From Spirochaetia bacterium (GTDB lineage: Bacteria > Spirochaetota > Spirochaetia > SZUA-6 > Bin103), in contig CBDBDQ010000005.1 in assembly GCA_965203905.1 (NCBI GenBank), positions 3,776,001-3,840,000 of the forward strand: DNA of 64,000 nucleotides, given 5' to 3'. The notes beneath the pieces were generated by a model. It made no database searches. It saw only the letters and a list, made by a program, of their open reading frames with translations, and was not told where the DNA came from. Of this stretch, positions 18,199 through 26,352 are shown piece after piece (position 1 is the first letter of the stretch; every line of letters starts with the position of its first letter). Both the position numbers and the translations under genes were made by a program.

Positions 18199-19065
18199 TC
18201 AGGAGTTGGCCGGGACGTTGGCGGACTCGACGATCCGCACCCACTCCTCGGCCGAGCGGCAGACCGAATCCGGGTCGCGGCGGCTGCGGGCGATGAATCC
18301 CGGAACCGCCTGCCGGCCGGTGGGCAGGTCCGGGTGCGAGTAGCGCAGGTCGAGGCTCCAGCGGATGTGGTCGGAGACGTTGGGCAGCGAGCGGTGCATG
18401 GTCTTGTGCTGGATCAGCAGCACACCGCCGACGGGAACCGGGCACAGGACCTGGTCGCCGTCGGGAAGCTGCTCGTCGACGACGCCCTTGAAGTTGCCCC
18501 CCGGTCCCATCCCCTCCTCGTGCGCGAGCAGCGGCGCGCGGTGACTGCCGGCGATCACCTCCATGCAGCCGTTCTCGCGGGTGGCGTCGACCAGCGGGAT
18601 CCAGAAGTTGACCATGAAGGTCTCCGCTGCATCGGGCTGCAGGTAGCCGAGGTCCTGGTGCCACGGCACGACTCCCTCGTCCTCGAACGGCCGCTTGGCG
18701 CGGACGTTGAACTGGGGATGGGCCAGGATCTCCGGCCCGATCACCGACTCGCAGATGTCGAGCAGGGAGGGGCAGGAATAGATCCGGAACATGCCCGGCG
18801 TGCGCTGCTTGCCGGCGCCCAGGATCAGCAGGGGGGCCGGGTCGTCGAGCTGCAATGCCAGCAGGTGCAGCCGGCGCTCCAGCGGTTGGTCCGCGTGGGT
18901 GTCGGACAGGCGGCCGTCGGCCAGCGCGGCGCGGGCGAAGGCGTCGACGTTGCGGTCGAGTTCGGCGCGAAGCGGCCGGAACACCACAGGGTCGATGGCG
19001 TCGTCGACGAGGAGGTAGCCCTCCTCGCGGAAGAAGGCGAGTTGCTGCTGGGTCAGTCCGGACAT
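18199..19065 (-). CDS. Phytanoyl-CoA dioxygenase (PhyH) family Fe/2OG dioxygenase
   Basis: FREEGYL, PWHQD, WIPLVDA..ENGCM...GSH, HRSLPN...R. Confidence 0.9.
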   Translation of the reverse strand: MSGLTQQQLAFFREEGYLLVDDAIDPVVFRPLRAELDRNVDAFARAALADGRLSDTHADQPLERRLHLLALQLDDPAPLLILGAGKQRTPGMFRIYSCPSLLDICESVIGPEILAHPQFNVRAKRPFEDEGVVPWHQDLGYLQPDAAETFMVNFWIPLVDATRENGCMEVIAGSHRAPLLAHEEGMGPGGNFKGVVDEQLPDGDQVLCPVPVGGVLLIQHKTMHRSLPNVSDHIRWSLDLRYSHPDLPTGRQAVPGFIARSRRDPDSVCRSAEEWVRIVESANVPANS

Positions 19066-19142
19066 GTGCGGTTCCTCCGGTCGGGCCGGTCCAGTCTACC
19101 CGTAATCGGGCGTCGTGGCGCACCCCGCGTCAAACAGCTCCG

Positions 19143-20393
19143 TCAACTCCAGAGCCGGTCGTTGGAACGGTCGCGATCCCACTCCGGGGTGGGCTCGAAG
19201 ATGCCGGGCTCGTCGGGATCGACGCACTCGCGCAGCACCTCGTGGTTGAGGTCGGAAAAACCCAGCCCCGGGCCCTCCGGCACGGCGATGTGCCCATCCT
19301 GAACCAGGGGCACGGGCAGCCCGTCCACCAGGCTGCTCCAGCGCTCCAGGTCGTCGACCGAGTGGTTCTCGAGGACGAGGAAGTTCTCCGTGGCGGCCGC
19401 GCAGTGCACCGACGCCAGCGCCGCCACCGGCGTCATCGCCGTGTGCATCGCCATCGCGATGCCGCGGTCCTGGGCGGCGTCGCCGATCTTCTTGGTCTCC
19501 AGGATGCCGCCGGCGGTCGCCAGGTCGGGGTGGGCGACGCCGATGGCGCGCTCCCGGAACAGGTCGGCGAAGCCTTCCTTGAGGTAGATGTCCTCGCCGG
19601 TGCAGATCGGCGTCTCGACTGTATCCGCCAGCCGCCGGTACTGATCGGTGAACTGCCAGGGGAGCATGTCCTCGTACCAGGCCAAAGAGAACCGGTCCAG
19701 CGCCCGCCCCAGCCGGATGCAGGACTCCAGGCCCAGGTGGCCGAAGTGGTCGGCGGCCAGCGGCACCTCGTAGCCGATCTCCTCGCGCACCGCCGCCACG
19801 TACTCGCACAGCAGGTCGATGCCGCGGTCGGTGATCTGCAGGCCGGTGAACGGGTGCATCACGCTCTGGCTGTCGCGCATCCCCGGCGGCGCGATCACGC
19901 AGTCGCTCCGGTCGCGGAGCAGGTCGATGCCGAGGTCCATTTTCAGGAAGCGGAAGCCCAGCTCCATGCGCTGCTTCAGCCGCTGTCCGGTCTCGCGGCC
20001 GCTGGCGCTGGGGGTGGTGTCGCAGTAGCAGAGGATGCGGTCGCGGAACCTGCCTCCGGCCAGGGCGTACGCGGGCACCCCGTACGCCTTGCCGGCCAGG
20101 TCCATCAGCGCCATCTCCACGGCGCTGACGCCCCCGCCCTGGCGGCCGTGATGGCCGAACTGCTTGATGCGCCGGAACAGCCGGTCGACGTCGCACGGGT
20201 TCGCGCCGAGCAGGCGTGATTTGAGCATCAGCGCGTAGGTCTTGCTGGCGTTGTCCCGCACCTCGCCGTAGCCGCGGATCCCCTGGTTGGTGTCGATGCG
20301 GATCAGGTAGCTGTTGAACGGGGTGCCCGTGAGGCAGGTTATACGCAGGTCGGTAATCGCCAGCGCCGACGGACGCGAATGCCGCTCATTCAC
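19143..20393 (-). CDS. Mandelate racemase/muconate lactonizing enzyme family protein
   Basis: IRIDTNQGI.GYGE, SAVEMALMDLAGKAYGVP, ADH, WYED, TGED, MHTA. Confidence 0.9.
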   Translation of the reverse strand: MNERHSRPSALAITDLRITCLTGTPFNSYLIRIDTNQGIRGYGEVRDNASKTYALMLKSRLLGANPCDVDRLFRRIKQFGHHGRQGGGVSAVEMALMDLAGKAYGVPAYALAGGRFRDRILCYCDTTPSASGRETGQRLKQRMELGFRFLKMDLGIDLLRDRSDCVIAPPGMRDSQSVMHPFTGLQITDRGIDLLCEYVAAVREEIGYEVPLAADHFGHLGLESCIRLGRALDRFSLAWYEDMLPWQFTDQYRRLADTVETPICTGEDIYLKEGFADLFRERAIGVAHPDLATAGGILETKKIGDAAQDRGIAMAMHTAMTPVAALASVHCAAATENFLVLENHSVDDLERWSSLVDGLPVPLVQDGHIAVPEGPGLGFSDLNHEVLRECVDPDEPGIFEPTPEWDRDRSNDRLWS

Positions 20394-20409
20394 AGGGACG
20401 GGTCCTCGC

Positions 20410-21300
20410 TCAGGTGGCGACTCCGAGCGCGGCCAGGGCGCGGGCGATCGCCTGTTGCTGGCCGGTGCTGGCGGCCGGCATGGGCGCGCGCGGCAGGCCG
20501 GCCGGGCATTGCTGCAGGCCCTGGGCGTGCTTCACGCAGGCCGGCAGGTTGTCGCCGGCGATGGCGTTCCACAGCGCCAGCAGCCTGCCGTGCAGGTCGA
20601 GGGCGCGCTGCTGGTCGCCGCCGGCGACCGCATCCCACAGCGCGACGCAGGCGGCCGGCGCCGCGCTTAGGATCGCCGCCACCGCGCCGTGCGCGCCGAG
20701 CGCGAACGAGGGGTAGAGCAGCGCATCCACGGCGCTCAGGATCAGGCTGCCGGCGGGCGCCTCGCGCAGCAGATCGGCCAGCAGCTTCAGGTCGCCGGCG
20801 CTCTGCTTGACCCCGATCACCCCGGGGACGTCGCGCAGGATGCGGCACAGCAGCTCGGGCGCCAGATAGCTCCACGGCACCACGTTGTAGATGATCACCG
20901 GCAGACCGGTCTGCTCGGTGGCGGCGCGGTAGAACTCCAGCATCGCATCGTCGTCGGGACGGAACAGGTAGTGCACCGGGGTGATCTGCAGCGCCGCCAC
21001 GCCTATCTCGGCGAGGGCGGTGCCGCGTTGCACCACCTCGCGGGTGCTGTTGGCGATGATGCCGGCGATCACCGGCGCCGCGCCGTCGGCCGCCGCCACC
21101 GCGGCGGCGGCGGCCCGGTGCGCTTCCTCGCCGCTGAGCGTGTGCCCCTCGCCGGTGGAGCCGGCCACGGTGACGCCGTGCACCCCCTGCTCCAGGAGCC
21201 ACCGGCACTGTTGCGCCAGGGCCTGTTCGTCGAGGGCTCCCCGGGCGTCGAACGGCGTGGTTAGCGGCGGGATGATGCCGCGAATCTGCTGCTGTGACAT
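20410..21300 (-). CDS. Dihydrodipicolinate synthase-family (DapA-like) aldolase
   Basis: GIIPPLTTPF, GSTGEG, IIYNV, GVKQS (Schiff-base Lys). Confidence 0.9.
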   Translation of the reverse strand: MSQQQIRGIIPPLTTPFDARGALDEQALAQQCRWLLEQGVHGVTVAGSTGEGHTLSGEEAHRAAAAAVAAADGAAPVIAGIIANSTREVVQRGTALAEIGVAALQITPVHYLFRPDDDAMLEFYRAATEQTGLPVIIYNVVPWSYLAPELLCRILRDVPGVIGVKQSAGDLKLLADLLREAPAGSLILSAVDALLYPSFALGAHGAVAAILSAAPAACVALWDAVAGGDQQRALDLHGRLLALWNAIAGDNLPACVKHAQGLQQCPAGLPRAPMPAASTGQQQAIARALAALGVAT

Positions 21301-21358
21301 GACGCGGGCAGAGTATCACCACCGTGCCGAGGTGTTACACTGTGCCGGCGGAGGGAAG

Positions 21359-22519
21359 ATGAAAGTCACTCGCATCACCAGCTTCCCGGTCAGGGACGAC
21401 CAGGGACGCGGCTACTTCATCGTCAGGGTGGATACCGACGCCGGCATCCACGGGCTGGGGGAGGCCGGCATCCGCAACTGGGGCCTGGCGATCGCGCGCG
21501 CCGTCGAGCACCTCGGCGAGCTGGTGATCGGCGCCGACCCGTGGCAGACGGAGCGGCTCTGGCAGCTGATGTTCCGCGCCGGGTTCTTCCCGGCCGACAA
21601 GGTGTACGCCTGTGCCCTGAGCGCGATCGACATCGCCCTGTGGGACATCAAGGGCAAGGCGGCGGGGATGCCGGTGTACCGGCTGCTGGGTGGCCCGGTG
21701 CGGCCGAAGGTGGTGTGCTACCCCCATTCCCAGGGCGGGACCATCCCGGAACTGGTGGAGAACGCCCGCCGCCAGGTGGCCGCCGGCTGGCGCTTCTTAC
21801 GCTGGGGGCAGCCGGAGACCTCGGGCCGGTTCGAGGCCGCCGCGGCCACGCTGGAGCCGCGCCGGTCGATGGCGATCGCGGTGGAGCAGATGCGCGCGGT
21901 GCGCGAGGCGGTAGGCCCGGAGATCGAGCTCTGCTTCGACGTGCACACCCGCCTGGACCCTGCTCACGTGATCCAGATGTGCCGCTGGCTGGAGGAGTTC
22001 CGCCCGTTCTTCATCGAGGACCCGATCCGCTCGGAGAACCCCGCCAGCTACCGCAAGCTGGCGCGTCACATCTCGCTGCCGCTGGCCGCCGGCGAGCAGT
22101 GGGCGTCGAAGTGGCCGTTCCGCGAGGTGATCGAGGAGGAGCTGATCGACTACGCGCGCATCGACCTGTGCATCGTGGGCGGACTCACCGAGGCGCTCAA
22201 GATCGCCCACTGGGCGGAGACCCACTACATCGACATCGCGCCGCACAACCCGCTCGGCCCGGTGAGCGCGGCGGCCTGCGTCTCGCTGTGCATGGCGACC
22301 ACCAACGTGGGCGTGCAGGAGATGCCGCAGCGTCCCGGCAGCTTCGCCGCAGAGCTGTTCCCGCAACAGATCGGCTGGGAGGATGGCTTCGCCTACTGCC
22401 CGGACCAGCCCGGGCTCGGCGTCGACATGGACCTGGAGGTGGCCGAGCGCTCCCGCTACCGGCCGCGGGAGTGGCCGCCGCGGCTGTCCCGCGACGACGG
22501 CGCCTTCACCAACTGGTAA
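21359..22519 (+). CDS. Enolase-superfamily acid-sugar dehydratase (galactonate/mannonate dehydratase-like)
   Basis: SAIDIALWDIKGKAAGMPVY.LLGG, DVH.R, FIEDP, AAGE, PHNP.GP, DGAFTNW. Confidence 0.9.
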   Translation: MKVTRITSFPVRDDQGRGYFIVRVDTDAGIHGLGEAGIRNWGLAIARAVEHLGELVIGADPWQTERLWQLMFRAGFFPADKVYACALSAIDIALWDIKGKAAGMPVYRLLGGPVRPKVVCYPHSQGGTIPELVENARRQVAAGWRFLRWGQPETSGRFEAAAATLEPRRSMAIAVEQMRAVREAVGPEIELCFDVHTRLDPAHVIQMCRWLEEFRPFFIEDPIRSENPASYRKLARHISLPLAAGEQWASKWPFREVIEEELIDYARIDLCIVGGLTEALKIAHWAETHYIDIAPHNPLGPVSAAACVSLCMATTNVGVQEMPQRPGSFAAELFPQQIGWEDGFAYCPDQPGLGVDMDLEVAERSRYRPREWPPRLSRDDGAFTNW

Positions 22520-22573
22520 CCCGTCAAGCCGGCGCGGCGCTCATGCGGCATGCGGTCACGTGGCGTGGTGCTA

Positions 22574-22810
22574 CTAGAGCCGGTCTTCCTGCTGGGGCTC
22601 GACGTCCGCGACACGTGCCAGCGCGTTCTCGAAATCCTTCCGGTTGCCACGTTTCGCCCGCTCTTCGAGAAGTGTTTCGGTGGCAAGTGCCGACATCTTT
22701 TCCGCCAAGGCCGTAGTGATGAGCTGATTCAGCGAGATGCCGTCTTCCTTTGCCAGAGCCTTTGCATACTTGTGAAGAGAATCCGGAATCCGCAAGCTAA
22801 TGATACTCAT
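22574..22810 (-). CDS. HicB-like/RHH antitoxin without a toxin
   Basis: MSIISLRIPDSLHK....LAKEDGISLNQLITTALAEKMSAL...RAKRG; locally lower GC. Confidence 0.8.
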   Translation of the reverse strand: MSIISLRIPDSLHKYAKALAKEDGISLNQLITTALAEKMSALATETLLEERAKRGNRKDFENALARVADVEPQQEDRL

Positions 22811-22831
22811 GACAAAGCTCCTATATGTGGA

Positions 22832-24670
22832 TCAGGTGAGGCGTTCGGCGGTGAGGTAGAAGGCGCCGGCCAGGTGGTTGCCGGCGGCGTCGATCCACCA
22901 GCTCCGGATCTGCGCCGGGCCGCGTTCCAGGGGCATGCGGAAGGTCACCTCGGTCGCACCGTCCGGCACCGGCAGGGTGTCCTCGGCAGCGCCGGCACGC
23001 AGCCAGGCTGAGGCTGCCGGCAGGGCGTTGCCGGCCGGCCAGCCGCCGTCCACGCCCTCCAGCGGCGGTGCCGGAGCGGCGATCCCGAGGCCCGACTCGC
23101 GCGGCCAGCGGCGCAGGGTGAAGGAGTAGGTGCCGGCGTGCGCGGCATGCACGTGCCAGGTGCCACTGTCGGTCACGGGAGCGCGGATGTTGCGCTGGTT
23201 GTCGGCGTAGGCCCAGGCCCAGTCGGCGCTGCACAGGCGCATCGGGTTCTCCTCCGCGGCGCCGATGGTGAGCGGCTGGTAGGTCTCCAGGTTGCCGTCC
23301 AGGCCGGCCCACCACGCCTCGTAGTGGTCGCGCATGCGCGCCACCACCTCGGGATGTTGCGCGGCCACGTCGTGCGCCTGGCCGGGATCGGCGGCGATGT
23401 CGTACAGCTCGCTGCCGCCCACCAGGCGCCAGCGGCCCCACAGCACGGCGGCGAGGTGCTTGCCGCTCCTGCCGAACTCGGGCCGTTCGTTGGGATGCCC
23501 GTACTGCACCACCGTCATGCGCTCCGGCAGCGCCGCCTCCGCGCCGCGCGCCACGCCGGCCAGCGATACGCCATCGAACTCCACCCCCGGCTCGACCCGC
23601 AGCCCGCACAGATCGACCAGCGTCGGCAGCAGGTCGGTGGCGCGGGCCACGTCGTTGATGTCGCGGCCGGCTGACGCCGTGGCGCCGGCGACCGGAATCG
23701 CGTCGGAGGGGGCGGCTGCGCCTGGGCCGGGCGGGGGGCGGCTGCCACCGGTAGCGGCGTCCTCCGGTGGCAAGCTGCTGCCGTGGCCGCCGCCGATGCC
23801 GCCGGCCGGCCAGCGCAGCAGACACGGCACGCGGTGGCCGCCGTCGTACAGCGAGGCCTTCCTGCCGCGCATGCCGGCGTTGTACACCGCCTCGCCGTGG
23901 GCGGTGCCGTTGTCGGTCATGAACACCAGGATGGTGTCCTCGTACAGGTCATTCTGGTGCAGGAACCAGTCCAGGCGCGCCAGGTTCTCGTCGATGCAGG
24001 CGATCATGGCGAAGAAACTGGCGTGATCGGCGGTCACCTCGCCGCGGGCGACCGCGTCGCGGTAGGGGTCGCGGTAGTGGTCGGGGACCCACAGCGGCCC
24101 GTGCGGCGCGTTGGTCGCGATGTAGGCGAAGAAGGGGTCGCCGGCACGCCGGCAGCGCCGGATCCAGGCGCTGGCCTGATCGAACCACACGTCGGTGCAG
24201 TAGCCGCGAAACTCCTCGAACGCATCTCGGTGACGGTAAACGTCATCGAAGTAGTCATTGCCGTACTGGTCGGCGGCAGAAGTGATGCCCCAGCTCGGGT
24301 GCCAGATGGTTTCCTGGAAGCCGCGGTCCTGCGGCCGGTAGGGGTAGTTGTCGCCCAGGTGCCACTTGCCGAAGTGTCCGGTGCGGTAGCCGTTGGCGGC
24401 GAAGATGTCGGCCGCGGTGGGCAGGTCGGCACGCAACAGCGAGCGCCCCATGCAGACGAAGGTCGCGCCGTTGCGCAGTGAGTCGACGCCGGCCAGAAGC
24501 TCGCCGCGGGTCGGGGTGCACACCGGGCAGACGTGGAAGTCGGTGAAGCGCACGCTCTCCGCCTGCAGCCGGTCCAGTGCCGGGGTGCGCAGCACCGGGT
24601 TGCCGGTGTAGGAGAGGTCGCCGTACCCCTGGTCGTCGGTGAGGATGAAGATGACGTTGGGCCGGGACAT
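22832..24670 (-). CDS. Arylsulfatase (formylglycine-dependent, Cys type)
   Basis: PNVIFILTDDQG, CTPTR, GKWHLG, TDNG, K.SLYDGGHRVP; GGAGG RBS. Confidence 0.95.
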   Translation of the reverse strand: MSRPNVIFILTDDQGYGDLSYTGNPVLRTPALDRLQAESVRFTDFHVCPVCTPTRGELLAGVDSLRNGATFVCMGRSLLRADLPTAADIFAANGYRTGHFGKWHLGDNYPYRPQDRGFQETIWHPSWGITSAADQYGNDYFDDVYRHRDAFEEFRGYCTDVWFDQASAWIRRCRRAGDPFFAYIATNAPHGPLWVPDHYRDPYRDAVARGEVTADHASFFAMIACIDENLARLDWFLHQNDLYEDTILVFMTDNGTAHGEAVYNAGMRGRKASLYDGGHRVPCLLRWPAGGIGGGHGSSLPPEDAATGGSRPPPGPGAAAPSDAIPVAGATASAGRDINDVARATDLLPTLVDLCGLRVEPGVEFDGVSLAGVARGAEAALPERMTVVQYGHPNERPEFGRSGKHLAAVLWGRWRLVGGSELYDIAADPGQAHDVAAQHPEVVARMRDHYEAWWAGLDGNLETYQPLTIGAAEENPMRLCSADWAWAYADNQRNIRAPVTDSGTWHVHAAHAGTYSFTLRRWPRESGLGIAAPAPPLEGVDGGWPAGNALPAASAWLRAGAAEDTLPVPDGATEVTFRMPLERGPAQIRSWWIDAAGNHLAGAFYLTAERLT

Positions 24671-24739
24671 GCAAGCCTCCATGATGCTCCGGGTCTCCGG
24701 GTGCCGAAAGCGGCGCCGGCAGGCGACGGTTTCGGGGCG

Positions 24740-25300
24740 CTATCCCGCGTGCTCCGGGAGGTGCAGCAGCCGGTGCAGGTGCTCCAGGATTTCCTGCGCG
24801 GACACCACCCCGTCGATGCGACCCGCGGCATCGACCAGGGGGATATGGCGGAACGATCCCAGCACCATCTTGTTGATGGCAACCGCGAGGGTGTCGTCGC
24901 GGCGCAACACCACCGGGTCGCGCGTCATCACCCGTTCGATCGCGACCGTGCGCGGTGCGTGACCGGCGGCGATGACTCGTTCCAGGAGGTCGCGCTCGGT
25001 AAAGATGCCCTCGACCTGTCCCGCCGCGACCACCAGCACGTAGCCGCTACGCCGTTCGCGCATCAAGGCGATGGCGTCGGCCACCGAAGTGCCGGCTTCC
25101 ACCAGCAGCGGTCTGCTCGGGGCCAGCACCTCCACCAGGTCGGACAGCAGGTGATCGTCGTACTGCGCAAAGTTCCCTGCCTGTCGGGTGGGGTACAGGC
25201 TGGAGCCGCAAGCCTCGCACTCCGAGTGCTCCAGTTCGTTGCTGAAACCGCACTCGACGCACTCCAGCGCCGGCGCCAATCCGGTCGTCTGCTCAGCCAA
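24740..25300 (-). CDS. CBS-pair protein with an N-terminal zinc ribbon
   Basis: CVECG...CEACG ribbon; GIFTERD and FRHIP CBS motifs; TTG start overlaps the korB stop. Confidence 0.85.
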   Translation of the reverse strand: MAEQTTGLAPALECVECGFSNELEHSECEACGSSLYPTRQAGNFAQYDDHLLSDLVEVLAPSRPLLVEAGTSVADAIALMRERRSGYVLVVAAGQVEGIFTERDLLERVIAAGHAPRTVAIERVMTRDPVVLRRDDTLAVAINKMVLGSFRHIPLVDAAGRIDGVVSAQEILEHLHRLLHLPEHAG

Positions 25301-26306
25301 CGGTCCAGGTATCTCCTGCGCGCAGCAGCGCCGCCACGTCGCCCTCGCCGTGCCGATCCCGCGCCGCATCGATCTGCTCCGCCATTCCGTCCTCGTAGGT
25401 GGGCTTGTCCACGGCCCGCAGCACGCCAAGCGGCAACGGCACACCGGCTCCCGGCGACATGTGCGCCAGCACGTAGGGCAGCACGTTACTGGGGATCTTC
25501 TCGTTGTGCACCAGCAGGTCGGGATCGTCGGCCTCGCAGATCACCGGCGTGAGCCCGTCGAGCTTGATGCCCTTGTCGCGATTCTTGCCGAAGATCAACG
25601 GTTTGCCATGCTCCAGGTTGATGGTCTGCTCGGAGCGCACGCTGCGTTCGGCAAAGTAGTCGAAGGCGCCGTCGTTGTACACGTTGCAGTTCTGGTACAC
25701 CTCGACGAAGCAGCCGCCGCGATGGTGCGCGGCGCGTTCCAGGGTCGCCGACAGGTGCTTCGTGTCGGTAGCCACCGTGCGCGCCACGAACGTCGCCTCC
25801 GCCGCCAGGGCGATGCGCGCCGGACTGACCGGTTGCTCCAGCGAGCCGTCGGGCGAGCTGACGGTCCGCTTGCCTACCTCGCTGGTAGGCGAGTACTGCC
25901 CCTTGGTAAGCCCGTAGACGCGGTTGTTGAACAGGATGATGTTCAGGTCCATGTTGCGCCGCAGGGCGTGAATCAGGTGGTTGCCGCCGATCGACAGGCC
26001 GTCGCCGTCGCCGGTAATCACGAACACCAGCAGTTCCGGACGGGTAATCTTCAGTCCCGAGGCGAAGGTGGCGGCGCGGCCGTGGATCGAGTGGAAGCCG
26101 TAGGTGTTCAAGTAGTAGGGGAAGCGGCTGGAGCAGCCGATGCCGCTGATGAACACGATGTTCTCGCGCGGCACCCCAAGGTCCGGGAGTAACCGCTGGG
26201 TCTGCGCCAGGATCGCGTAGTCGCCGCACCCGGGGCACCAGCGCACCTCCTGGTCGGAGACGAAGTCCTTGCGATTCAGCGGCTCGCGCGTTGCGGTCGT
26301 GCTCAT
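25293..26306 (-). CDS. korB: 2-oxoacid:ferredoxin oxidoreductase beta subunit
   Basis: WCPGCGD, SGIGCSSR, IHGRA, GDGD.LSIGGNH, YGLTKGQYSPT. Confidence 0.95.
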   Translation of the reverse strand: MSTTATREPLNRKDFVSDQEVRWCPGCGDYAILAQTQRLLPDLGVPRENIVFISGIGCSSRFPYYLNTYGFHSIHGRAATFASGLKITRPELLVFVITGDGDGLSIGGNHLIHALRRNMDLNIILFNNRVYGLTKGQYSPTSEVGKRTVSSPDGSLEQPVSPARIALAAEATFVARTVATDTKHLSATLERAAHHRGGCFVEVYQNCNVYNDGAFDYFAERSVRSEQTINLEHGKPLIFGKNRDKGIKLDGLTPVICEADDPDLLVHNEKIPSNVLPYVLAHMSPGAGVPLPLGVLRAVDKPTYEDGMAEQIDAARDRHGEGDVAALLRAGDTWTVG

Positions 26307-26310
26307 GGTG

Positions 26311-26352
26311 TCAGTTGGCCCCCTCCGTCATTTAGCCCCCCTCCGTCAGTTA
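26311..26352 (-). repeat. Short tandem duplication of stop plus RBS between korA and korB
   Basis: Minus strand: TAAC-TGACGGAGGGGGGCTAAA-TGACGGAGGGGGCCAAC-TGA. Confidence 0.7.
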
